A DNA stretch of 64,000 nt from Halobacteroidaceae bacterium (GTDB lineage Bacteria > Bacillota > Halanaerobiia > B1SED10-174), in NCBI GenBank assembly GCA_003551665.1, contig PUNE01000050.1:14892-78891 (forward strand), read 5' to 3'. The notes below the pieces were generated by a model. It searched no databases. It was not told where the DNA came from and saw only the letters and a list, made by a program, of their open reading frames with translations. The position numbers and the translations under genes were made by a program. Shown one piece after another: positions 9,328 to 18,215 of this stretch; positions within the stretch are counted from its first letter, which is position 1; each line of letters starts with the position of its first letter.

Positions 9328-10293
9328 TCACTTGTACAGCCAGCATTTGACCTGATGCCCTTCCTTTACCTCCACCATGGGCGGTTCTTCGTCACAGCGC
9401 TCAAAACGTTCTGGACACCTTTCTGCAAAACGACAGGTCCGTGGGGGTTCAAGCAGACTGGGGGGCTGACCGGGAAGGTACTCCAGCTTTTTTTCCTCCT
9501 TAAGGGAAGGTACACTGGCCATAAGTTTCTGGGAATAGGGGTGTAGGGGTTCCCGGAAAAGATCATAGGCTTCCGAAAACTCCACCAGCTGGCCGGCATA
9601 CATGATCCCGGCCAGGTCAGCCAGCTCGCTGGAAGTTGCAATATCGTGGGTAATCAGGATGAAGGTGTATCCTTCTTCCTGTTTGATTCTCTTAAGAACG
9701 TTCATAATATTGGCCTGGGTTAGAAGGTCCAGGGCAGAAGTGGGTTCATCCAGGACCACGATATCCGGATTGGTAATCAGGGCCATGGCCAGGATAACCC
9801 GCTGACGCATGCCTCCACTTAATTCGAAGGGGTAGCGTTCCAGGAAGTCCAGGGGAACTCCAACCAGTTTGAACACCTCTTCTGCCCTTTTCATTGCGCC
9901 GGCTTTCTCCCTTTTCGTTTCCCGCCGCAGGAGAGGTTCAATAACCTGCTCGGAAACCTTTATTACCGGATTGAGGGAGTTCATTGCTGCCTGCGGAACC
10001 ATTGCAGCTTTTTTCCAGCGGACTTCTCGCCGAAATTTTTCATTGGAAAGCTGCATCAGGTCCTGGCCGTTTAGGAAAACATTACCCCTGTATTCCTTTA
10101 CATTTCGGGGTAATAGCCGCAGAATGGCCCGGCCCAGTGATGTTTTTCCGCAACCCGATTCTCCTACCAAAACCATTGTTTTACCCCGGGGCAGGGAAAA
10201 AGAAACATTTTCAACTGCCTGGACAATACCTCTTTTAGTGCTGAATGATAGATACAGGTTTTCAACCCGGAACTGTTCATTATTTCTCGTCAT
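9328..10293 (-). CDS. Oligopeptide/dipeptide ABC transporter ATP-binding protein (OppD/DppD-like)
   Basis: Walker A GESGCGKTS, signature LSGGMRQR, Walker B VVLDEP. C-terminal CRFAERCP...C...C motif. Confidence 0.9.
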   Translation of the reverse strand: MTRNNEQFRVENLYLSFSTKRGIVQAVENVSFSLPRGKTMVLVGESGCGKTSLGRAILRLLPRNVKEYRGNVFLNGQDLMQLSNEKFRREVRWKKAAMVPQAAMNSLNPVIKVSEQVIEPLLRRETKREKAGAMKRAEEVFKLVGVPLDFLERYPFELSGGMRQRVILAMALITNPDIVVLDEPTSALDLLTQANIMNVLKRIKQEEGYTFILITHDIATSSELADLAGIMYAGQLVEFSEAYDLFREPLHPYSQKLMASVPSLKEEKKLEYLPGQPPSLLEPPRTCRFAERCPERFERCDEEPPMVEVKEGHQVKCWLYK

Positions 10294-10294
10294 A

Positions 10295-11641
10295 TCACAT
10301 CCCCCTCAACCTGGGATTTAAGATGCGGTCAAGGGCAAACCCAACCATGGAGAAGCCCATCCCTGTCAGGATCAGCAGGAACGAAGGGCTTAGGACCCAG
10401 TAGTAATGCCCCAGGTAAAGGGCACCGTGCTGCTGGGCATCTTCAAGCACCTTGCCCCACGTTGGCAGGACGGGGTCACCCAGTCCAAGCAGGGCCAGAG
10501 TTGCTTCCAGGAAAACAAGGCTCGGGATTAGCGTTACAAACTGGGGTACCAGCACAGGGATTGCCCGGGGGATCAAATAGCGGAAAACAATCCGGAGATT
10601 CCCCGCACCGTATGCCCTGGCAGCTTCCACATAATGAGACTCTTTGATCTGCAAAAACAACGAACGATAAACCTTTATCGCCCCGCTGAATATATTCAAA
10701 ACGATAATTACCGCAAGCATCACCCAGATACTTCGCGAGTAGAGCGTCCCAATCATCACCAGGACCACAAGGGGCTGCAGGATCAGGTTAACCTCCGTCA
10801 GCTTCTGGATAAGGCCATCTACCCAGCGGCTGTACCACACCCCTATTGCGGCCAGAATCATGGTTGTAACAGTTGAGCCAACTGCGGCCAGCAAACCAAA
10901 GGCCAGGGCAATTGGTGTTCCCCAGAGGAGCGCCAGCGAAATATCTCTCCGGCGGTGGTCGGTTCCTGCCAGCCCATGAACCTGACCGTAGTTTATAAAT
11001 TGAGCTTCCAGGTCAGAATCCGGCTCGAAGATATAACCCTCAATCCGAAGCTCATATTCCCCGGGCAAAACCCGGGGTGGGTCTGAATCCTCTTCGGCAA
11101 ATAAACCAACCTGGGGGCGCAGGTTGTCAAGCTTTCTTCGCTGCAGGTCTCTATCCTGGGATATCCGGTAGGCAGACCTGTCAGCAATACTTCCTTCTCT
11201 AAGTTCTATTTCCCTTCCGTCAGGAGTAACCCAGTAAATTGTGGCGAAGGGCCGGGTGTTTTCGTACTCTGCCGCAAAAAAGAGGCTCATTTCCCGGGGA
11301 AATTCATCGTATTCGTAGGTGAAGGGAATAGAAATTGATATTTCTGCAACCTCATCTGTAACCTGGGTTATTTCCTTAAGATCCGGACGATCCAGTGTTG
11401 AAAAAACCTTGGTCTCCGGCCGATCAACGCCCGGGAAATGGTTAGTCCAGGCCGGTGGGACGTTGCGCGGATTTTCTATCCAGACACCTTCACCGCCCCG
11501 CCAGAGGCGAATTGCCTCTCCATAGGGAATGGTAATAACAGCGTAAAGGGAAATTATTACCAGGATCCCGATGATTGTCAGCCCAAGGATAGCCGATGGA
11601 TATTCTTTCAGTTCCTGAAGTCTTCTCTTAATTACGCTCAT
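10295..11641 (-). CDS. Peptide ABC transporter permease (OppC-like) with a long extracytoplasmic insertion after TM1
   Basis: The C-terminal half has the binding-protein-dependent permease pattern (EAARAYGAGNLRIVFRYLIPRAIP). About 230 aa lie between TM1 and TM2. Confidence 0.85.
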   Translation of the reverse strand: MSVIKRRLQELKEYPSAILGLTIIGILVIISLYAVITIPYGEAIRLWRGGEGVWIENPRNVPPAWTNHFPGVDRPETKVFSTLDRPDLKEITQVTDEVAEISISIPFTYEYDEFPREMSLFFAAEYENTRPFATIYWVTPDGREIELREGSIADRSAYRISQDRDLQRRKLDNLRPQVGLFAEEDSDPPRVLPGEYELRIEGYIFEPDSDLEAQFINYGQVHGLAGTDHRRRDISLALLWGTPIALAFGLLAAVGSTVTTMILAAIGVWYSRWVDGLIQKLTEVNLILQPLVVLVMIGTLYSRSIWVMLAVIIVLNIFSGAIKVYRSLFLQIKESHYVEAARAYGAGNLRIVFRYLIPRAIPVLVPQFVTLIPSLVFLEATLALLGLGDPVLPTWGKVLEDAQQHGALYLGHYYWVLSPSFLLILTGMGFSMVGFALDRILNPRLRGM

Positions 11642-12792
11642 GTTGACTGCCCTCCTTCTCCGCCGACTTTAACCCGCGGATCTACCATGGCGTAGATAAA
11701 GTCGAGCACAAATACAGTAAGCGCGAGGAGGTAAGCAAATATCACTATTATCCCGATTATCACCGGGGTATCATAAAGCCCTATCGCCTGAAACAAAAGT
11801 CTCCCCAGGCCGGGCCAGTTAAAAACGGTTTCCAGGACAATCTGCCCCATCCAGACGGTTATTATCCCCAGCATGAAGCTGGTAATAATCGGAGGCAGTG
11901 TAGGCCGAAGGATATAACGCCTTTCAATCTTCCGGCCAGAAAGGCCCTTGGCCTTGGCCATTTCAACATAGTCCTCCATGGAGTATATGAGGAAATAGGT
12001 CCTCCACTGGTAAACTGAAAGGAAAAGGGCCCCTAAAACAATTGCAGCAACCGGTAAGATCAGGTGACGGATAACACTCAGTGCATACTGCAGGGTATCA
12101 TCCGGAGGTGGGGCGGCAACCATCCGCCCGAATGGTAAAACACCGAGGAGGGCTGCAAAAATCAAGATCAGGAAAATCCCGTAAAACCAGGACGGAGCAG
12201 CAGAAGTTGGAGCAAGAGCCACCATAATCTTATCCAGCTTGCTTCCGTACTGCCGGGACAGGGTCAGGGCGATAAACAGCCCTGCAAAAAAGGTAATTAT
12301 CTGGGCTGTAAGGAATAGAAACAGGGTCGGGGGAAGTCGCTCTAAGATGATGTGTCTTACCTGCCGGGATCCCGCATCACTGGTCAGGTTTTCAGACCTT
12401 CCCAGGTCAAGGGTAAGAGCATCCCGCAGGTAGTAAACACTCCTGAGGATAAAGGGCTGATCAAGGCCCAGGCGCCTCTCTTCAGTCTCAATCATTGAAT
12501 CCATGATTTCCCTGCGCCGTTCTTCCGGGAGATCGGCAAATTCAGGGCTTCCTCGAACCTGCTGGGCAACATTAAAGGCTATCTCCGCCCGCCTGATTTC
12601 GTCAACATAACCCCCCATATTGGCAATCAAAATCATCAGGTAAACCCCCACCACTACAGCGAGGAAAAGGGCAATTACTCTCAGGGCGGAATAACGAAGC
12701 AGACGGAGAAAATCTCCCTGTCTTTTCCTTCCAGATTCCTGCTTTTCCATTTTTTCTCCTACCTGTTCCTGGGGAGTAAACTTTTGAGGCAT
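11638..12792 (-). CDS. Peptide ABC transporter permease (OppB-like)
   Basis: Permease motif EMAKAKGLSGRKIERRYILRPTLPPI. GGGAGGTGA lies upstream of ATG 12792. There is a 4-nt overlap with the next permease gene. Confidence 0.85.
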   Translation of the reverse strand: MPQKFTPQEQVGEKMEKQESGRKRQGDFLRLLRYSALRVIALFLAVVVGVYLMILIANMGGYVDEIRRAEIAFNVAQQVRGSPEFADLPEERRREIMDSMIETEERRLGLDQPFILRSVYYLRDALTLDLGRSENLTSDAGSRQVRHIILERLPPTLFLFLTAQIITFFAGLFIALTLSRQYGSKLDKIMVALAPTSAAPSWFYGIFLILIFAALLGVLPFGRMVAAPPPDDTLQYALSVIRHLILPVAAIVLGALFLSVYQWRTYFLIYSMEDYVEMAKAKGLSGRKIERRYILRPTLPPIITSFMLGIITVWMGQIVLETVFNWPGLGRLLFQAIGLYDTPVIIGIIVIFAYLLALTVFVLDFIYAMVDPRVKVGGEGGQST

Positions 12793-12810
12793 CTTTTCAC
12801 CTCCCTACTT

Positions 12811-12851
12811 CAAACAAAACGGGGCTGAGGGGCAAGCACCCCCCCAGCCCC
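12811..12851 (-). terminator. Intercistronic GC-rich hairpin between the binding-protein gene and the permease genes (partial terminator or stabiliser)
   Basis: ggggctg(a)gggg (12821-12832) pairs with cccccagcccc (12841-12851). On the minus strand it is followed by GTTTTGTTTG. Confidence 0.55.
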
Positions 12852-12904
12852 ACTTTTTTTCCTCCATTTTCTGCCCTATTTATTCTTGCAATAAATGCTT
12901 TGAT

Positions 12905-15385
12905 TTAACGGTAAATTACGAACTCGGTGTCTTCAATGGTTGGGATTGCAACCAGGAGCGGTGTTGCAACAATTTCAATCTGGGCGCCTCCTGTTGGCAG
13001 TTCATCGGTAACCTCTCCGGGAAGCTCTGCCTGCCAGAGGCCATCTTCAACTGCTTCAGCATCTGCAGTCTCCACAAGGTTTCCTTCGGCATCAAACAGG
13101 AGAAAGGCAACTGTATCCATATCTTCAATGGCATAAGGTTCTCCGGCAAATGTTATATCCGCTTCAAATACAGCATCTTCCCCGGCTTCAACAATATTTG
13201 GTCCACTGATGTTCACATCAGCAATCGGCGGATCCTCAAAGTGGACCCAGCGGTCAGCCGGATCAATGAAGTCTTCATTTCGGGCCAGTTCAACCACACC
13301 TTCTACAGGGTGGACATCCCGAAGGTAGAATGGTCCATTTCCTACCCAGAAATGCCCTTTATCGTCATACCACTCCTGCAGGTTTGCCCAGCGGTCGGCA
13401 GCAGCATCTTCGCTGATATATTCGCCCAGAGTAGCTTCATATGGGATATAGTTATCTGCCATGGCTTCCTGGAGGTGTTCCTCGAGATATTCAAGGCTCG
13501 GGCCTCCAATCATGCTCAGCCATTCAACATCCAGGGCATCGGCTTTGGAGGCAGAATGAGCGGCCAGTTCAGCAGCCTCAACGTCAAGAGCAAGCCCAAG
13601 GGTGTGCCAGGCTCCAATACCCTGATCATACCAGGGGAAGAAACTCCAGGCAGCAGTGTACGCATTCCATTCAGCATCAAGGTAGTAAGTGTCGCTGTAG
13701 TATTCAATTACTACCGGGTCTTCGGATACCAGGCGGAAGCCCCGGAAGTGTTCGATAAAGCTCTGGTAACCGGGAACCTGGGCTTCGTCATAAATTGCAC
13801 TTTCTTCCTTGGCCCTGTCGTAGGAGAGAATCAGGGGCAGGATCATATCCGCAACGTCAAAAGTGCTGCCATCGTGCCACTTGTGCTCTTCGAGGAAATC
13901 CTCGGGATAGTGGACAGTAACCTTGCGGTTGGCAGTCAGCCCTTCAGGGTGTTCGGTTCCAACATCAGAGAACACCTGCTCTTCAGGATCCCAGCCAATC
14001 CAGGCATCTTCGGGAACCTCGATTTCCTCTGCAAAATCCAGTTCGACCCAGTCCAGGGTTCTTTCAACGGGTAGTCCTTCTTTGACAGTTACCTCGGCCT
14101 TTTCAATCAGTTGATCCCAGTGCAGACCGGTAAAGGGATCAAACATGGTAGGCCTGCTGGAAGTACCCCGGATCAGCATCATATCGTAGATCCAGTTGCT
14201 TCCATCAAGGGGGTTCCAGGGATCAGGAATAATGCTGGGCATGGCCATATCAATGCTGGCATCGGGTTCCTCTTCATCCCGGAGGGTGTAAGCCCACATA
14301 TAGGAGCCGTGAATACCACCAGCAATGTCAGCAGCAACATTGATATTGTCAGCCATGGGAGCCACGCTCATTTCGTCGACAAGCATTACCCGCTTGGAGG
14401 TTTCCAGCGCCAGGTCCAGGGCCCTTTCCATCATCTCTTCTCTTTCTTCCATTGTTGAAAAATCACGGCGGGCCAGTCGATCAGAAAGTTCGTCAAACTC
14501 TGGCTCGGGTTCATATGCCCCATAGAGGGGCTGGGCCATTCCACGTGGTGTGAAGAAGAAATCGAAGTTTCCAGCCTGGTCACGGCTTACTACAGTAGAA
14601 ATCCAGCCACCAGTATAGAGGTGCCATTCACCAGCATGGGGATCTCCAGCCATCCATATGGGAGAAGCTTCTGCTGCGGTCATATACTGCCTGTCTACAA
14701 CAAAACCGATATCTTCAAGCTCAGATGCAATGTAGTCTCCGATTTCCAACCTCTCGTCCTCACTGCGAATGATAAATATTAACTCCACCGGATCTCCTTC
14801 ATAGTGCCACACTCCATCTACCATTTCCGCACCCAGGTTTTCCATTTCTTCCGAAATAACCTCTTCTGCCCGGGTAGGATCATAGTCGTAATAGGTTTCC
14901 AGTTCACGTGCTTTTACAATATGCCGGGCATGGTCAGGAAATACAGTGTTCAGAGGAAGTGTTCTTGCAGCAGCCAGTCCTCCATAGATTTCATCTACAA
15001 TATAATCCCTGTCAATAAGCCAGTTAGTTGCTTCCCTTATCCTTGGAACGGAAAAGGGATTAAGCTCTCCAGTACCTTCAAATTCCGGGCCGGCAGGGTT
15101 ATAGGTTAGCTCGTTATAGGACCCGTAGGATTCTTCATAGCGAATATCCTCGCTTTCCAGAATTACATCGTACAGTTCAGGATCAGAAATTGTGTAAGGA
15201 TAAATATCCAGCTCCCCGACTTCAATCTGGGTTAAAGCTGCACTTGCACTTTCCTCCTCAGTTACAATAACCTCTTCAACCCAGGTCCCAACGGGCACGT
15301 CCTCATCGGCTTTAAGGGTCCCGCTGAAGACGAGCATAAAAGCCAATAAACCAAAACCCAACCAGCTAATCCTGCTGTGCACCAA
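12905..15385 (-). CDS. Family-5 (Opp/Dpp-type) ABC substrate-binding protein, unusually long (826 aa) and very acidic
   Basis: Signal peptide (WLGFGLLAFMLVFSGTLKA), SBP_bac_5-like core, and a ~110-aa C-terminal extension. It heads the operon 15385->8078. Confidence 0.85.
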   Translation of the reverse strand: MVHSRISWLGFGLLAFMLVFSGTLKADEDVPVGTWVEEVIVTEEESASAALTQIEVGELDIYPYTISDPELYDVILESEDIRYEESYGSYNELTYNPAGPEFEGTGELNPFSVPRIREATNWLIDRDYIVDEIYGGLAAARTLPLNTVFPDHARHIVKARELETYYDYDPTRAEEVISEEMENLGAEMVDGVWHYEGDPVELIFIIRSEDERLEIGDYIASELEDIGFVVDRQYMTAAEASPIWMAGDPHAGEWHLYTGGWISTVVSRDQAGNFDFFFTPRGMAQPLYGAYEPEPEFDELSDRLARRDFSTMEEREEMMERALDLALETSKRVMLVDEMSVAPMADNINVAADIAGGIHGSYMWAYTLRDEEEPDASIDMAMPSIIPDPWNPLDGSNWIYDMMLIRGTSSRPTMFDPFTGLHWDQLIEKAEVTVKEGLPVERTLDWVELDFAEEIEVPEDAWIGWDPEEQVFSDVGTEHPEGLTANRKVTVHYPEDFLEEHKWHDGSTFDVADMILPLILSYDRAKEESAIYDEAQVPGYQSFIEHFRGFRLVSEDPVVIEYYSDTYYLDAEWNAYTAAWSFFPWYDQGIGAWHTLGLALDVEAAELAAHSASKADALDVEWLSMIGGPSLEYLEEHLQEAMADNYIPYEATLGEYISEDAAADRWANLQEWYDDKGHFWVGNGPFYLRDVHPVEGVVELARNEDFIDPADRWVHFEDPPIADVNISGPNIVEAGEDAVFEADITFAGEPYAIEDMDTVAFLLFDAEGNLVETADAEAVEDGLWQAELPGEVTDELPTGGAQIEIVATPLLVAIPTIEDTEFVIYR

Positions 15386-15665
15386 ACATCACCCCTTTTA
15401 AAGATTTTTGTACAGAATTGTAATGCTCTGCATTTTCCAACTCCCCAGAAACTTCTGTTTTTGAGCAAACTAAAAACCGCCTGCTGAAAGCCAGGAGACA
15501 GATGGGAGTACAGGTTAATATAGAGCAGTTCCTGGCTTGTAGCTTTTTGTTTGTTCACTCTAAGGCCAGTTCCATGCTCCATTTGGTACTCAATCGTCTT
15601 TCTCCGGCAACAACTGAGACGGTTTCGATGGAGTAATTTTTTATTTTCGGTTTTTCGTAATGGTT

Positions 15666-15694
15666 AATTTAACACATCGGCGCAAGGGGTTCAA
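15666..15694 (-). promoter_or_regulatory. Candidate sigma-70 promoter (extended -10) for the peptide ABC operon
   Basis: On the minus strand: TTGAAC (15694..15689), a 17-nt spacer, then TGtTAAATT (-10 at 15671..15666). This would give a ~275-nt leader. Confidence 0.4.
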
Positions 15695-15859
15695 TGAATA
15701 TTTTGGGCAATTTTGGAATTTCTTAAAGATTTTAAACTACCCTCAGGATTCTAATTTGCTTAGATTTGCTATCTCCCACTTTATTCATTCCCAATTAACT
15801 TTTTTCAATTTTATAACCATTTTTTTCCTTTTTATGGATAGTTCTGTGGGTTTTTTGGT

Positions 15860-18031
15860 TCAATAGGATTTTTTCTCCCAGATAACCACAAAGGCAATTC
15901 CTCCGGCTGCAATTTTTTTGCCTTCCGGGGCCCACCTTACTTCCTCAAGGTTTCCCCGGGGGCTTTCCAGTTTCCCGAGGAAATCCAGCCCCGGAAAATC
16001 AAGGATTTCAATTTTTTCCCCCTTTGCCTGGGCAAGATATCTTCCGCAGGGAGAAAGATCAATTGCATTTATTAGTTTAACCGTGCTGATTTTTCCGATT
16101 TCTTCACCCTCGGAGAGATCCCAGATCCTAGTTGTCTGATCAAATCCCGTGCTTACCAGATAATCTCCGCACCGTGACCAGCTTACTTCCCGCACCGAAT
16201 CTTTGTGTCCCTGCAGTTCGATTAAAGGATCCCCACTATCCTTTCCCCAGATACGAATTACCGCATCGCCACCCCCTGCAGCCAGGAATTCCCCGGTTGG
16301 CGACCAGGCAAGGGTTCTTACCCACTCGGGATTTCCAGTAACACTCCTTATTTTCTCCTCCTCTTGTACGTCCCAGATTATAATATTTCCATCCCATCCT
16401 GCAGTAGAAAGGTAGCCGTCATCCGGAGAAAATTCCACATCAAGGACCCAGTCCTCGTGTCCTTCAAGGCTGTACCAATCCTCTCCCAGGATGAATTCTA
16501 TCAGTTGGGTAAAAAGTCCAAACCTTTCTGTGGGGTCACGGGGTTCCTTGAAAACGACTTTTTCTTCTCCATCCGCAGTCCAGATTTTTACCTGGTTATC
16601 AAAACCACCGCTCCCTATTAGCTCTCCATCGCCGGTCCAATCCACAGAATGAACCGTATCTCCATGGGCATAAATAGATTGAAGTTGTCTTCCCTCTTCG
16701 GCGTCCCAGATCCGGATGAAGCGGTCTTCACTCGAGCTGGCAATTTCCTCTCCATAAGGAGACCAGGCCAGGGAATATACCCTTCCGTCGTGTCCTTCAA
16801 TGCCAAAAACCTTCTCCCTGGATTCCAGTTCCCAGCCGTGAATTACATTTCCCCTACACCCCCCCGCCAGAAAACGGCCGTCAGGAGACCAGGAAACCCC
16901 TGTAACCCAGTTGAAAATATCAGAAAAAGAGGCTTCTTTAACCCCTTTTTCCGGGTTCCAGACATGGATTACCCAGTCTTCACCAGCTGAGGCCAGTTTT
17001 TTGCCACCGGGGCACCACTCCAGATCCCGAATAGCCCGATTGTGTTCTCTGCTGGAAAAAACCTTTTCATCGGTTTCCATGGATTTTACTGCCAGGTACC
17101 CGTTTACCAGGCCCATAGCCAGAAACTCTCCTTCCGGGCTCCAGGCAAGGCTGTTAACCCGGTCCTCCACAGAATATTCCTTTTCCAGCCTGGTTCCCGT
17201 GGCTGGATCCCAGAAGGAAATAGTTCCATCGTCCCCGGTTCCTGCCAGGTAGTTTCCTCCGGGAGACCAGGCCACCGACCTGATCCAGCCCTGCTCGGGT
17301 TCAATTCGGTGGATCTCCCGGGCTCCTTCCCAGGCCCAGACCCGAATGGTCCTATCCCAGCTGCCACTAACAATTCTTTCTCCTTCAGGAGACCAGTCCA
17401 CTGAAGATATCCAGTCTCCGTGTCCTACAAGTCTTTCGACTTTGTTGCCAGTTGCCTTCTCCCAGACAATTATTTCCCCATCAGCAGCACCACTGGCAAG
17501 ATATCCTCCGCAGGGAGACCACTTCAGGGTGTTGATGCCCTGCTCGTGGCCCAAAAAAGCCCTTTTTTCTTCTTTCTTATCCATATCCCAGAGGAGAATC
17601 AGATGGTCCCTTCCTGCTGTTGCCAGGTACCGGCCACAGGGAGACCAGTCCAGGGCATTTACTACTCCAAAATGACTGCTGATCATGTTGGAAACCGTCC
17701 AGTCCGAAAAATCATTAGGCGCAATCTTTTTCCCGGAAAATTCAATTTTTTCTTCCCCCGTTACCGAAAGCCGGGCCGGAGAAAAAACATACCCTTCTCT
17801 GAAGGGCCTGATAACCATGGTTCCCTGGCCCTCAATTTCCAGAGAACCATCTTCACCGGTCTTCCCCTGGAAATATTTATCTCCTGCAACGTTAACAATA
17901 ACTTCTTCCAGGGGCTCGCCGTTTTCCAAAACTCTGACCTCCAGGGAATAGGTTTCCCCGGATGCACAGCTCCCTATTAGAAAAACCAGGAAAAACACAA
18001 AAAAGCCTGAAAAAGTCTTTTTCCAGAACAT
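15860..18031 (-). CDS. Exported/lipid-anchored WD40 protein with 14 repeats (two 7-bladed propellers) after an N-terminal beta-sandwich-like domain
   Basis: ATG 18031 with GGAGGG 9 nt upstream. Signal peptide with a lipobox-like LIGSC. There are 14 units of the form V/I-x-x-[LV]-x-W-S-P-x-G-x-x-[LI]-A-x-G-x-x-D-x-x-[IV]-x-[IV]-W-[DE]. Confidence 0.85.
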   Translation of the reverse strand: MFWKKTFSGFFVFFLVFLIGSCASGETYSLEVRVLENGEPLEEVIVNVAGDKYFQGKTGEDGSLEIEGQGTMVIRPFREGYVFSPARLSVTGEEKIEFSGKKIAPNDFSDWTVSNMISSHFGVVNALDWSPCGRYLATAGRDHLILLWDMDKKEEKRAFLGHEQGINTLKWSPCGGYLASGAADGEIIVWEKATGNKVERLVGHGDWISSVDWSPEGERIVSGSWDRTIRVWAWEGAREIHRIEPEQGWIRSVAWSPGGNYLAGTGDDGTISFWDPATGTRLEKEYSVEDRVNSLAWSPEGEFLAMGLVNGYLAVKSMETDEKVFSSREHNRAIRDLEWCPGGKKLASAGEDWVIHVWNPEKGVKEASFSDIFNWVTGVSWSPDGRFLAGGCRGNVIHGWELESREKVFGIEGHDGRVYSLAWSPYGEEIASSSEDRFIRIWDAEEGRQLQSIYAHGDTVHSVDWTGDGELIGSGGFDNQVKIWTADGEEKVVFKEPRDPTERFGLFTQLIEFILGEDWYSLEGHEDWVLDVEFSPDDGYLSTAGWDGNIIIWDVQEEEKIRSVTGNPEWVRTLAWSPTGEFLAAGGGDAVIRIWGKDSGDPLIELQGHKDSVREVSWSRCGDYLVSTGFDQTTRIWDLSEGEEIGKISTVKLINAIDLSPCGRYLAQAKGEKIEILDFPGLDFLGKLESPRGNLEEVRWAPEGKKIAAGGIAFVVIWEKKSY

Positions 18032-18167
18032 TTTCACTTTCCCTCCATTATTATCCCTACTCAATAAGCTAAACTATCAATGGAAGGGGATCAATTATTA
18101 TTTACCACGAATTCGGGGAATGAAAAAACTCATTATGAGCTCTCAGAAAGTTAGTCCCCAAAAGCGC

Positions 18168-18200
18168 AAAAAAAGAGCTGTACCCTCGTGGATACAGCTC
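18168..18200 (-). terminator. Rho-independent terminator of the efflux operon
   Basis: 8-bp stem gagctgta (18175-18182) / tacagctc (18193-18200). A plus-strand A7 run (18168-18174) gives U7 after the hairpin on the minus strand. Confidence 0.7.
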
Positions 18201-18215
18201 ATTTTGTATTGGTTC

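Noticed and set aside
13241-14074. 277-aa plus-strand ORF
   Set aside because: It is antisense to the family-5 binding-protein gene, which has clear family features. It has no RBS and an odd composition.
15386-15660. Assigning the long leader to a known riboswitch or T-box class
   Set aside because: I could not find the conserved cores of T-box, c-di-GMP, glycine, lysine, SAM, purine or ydaO elements. I kept it only as an unclassified structured-leader candidate.
15262-15866. ORFs 15262..15582 (-) and 15660..15866 (+) in or next to the long intergenic region
   Set aside because: Neither has an SD. The first runs out of frame into the binding-protein gene, and the second is Phe/Asn-rich translation of AT-rich DNA.
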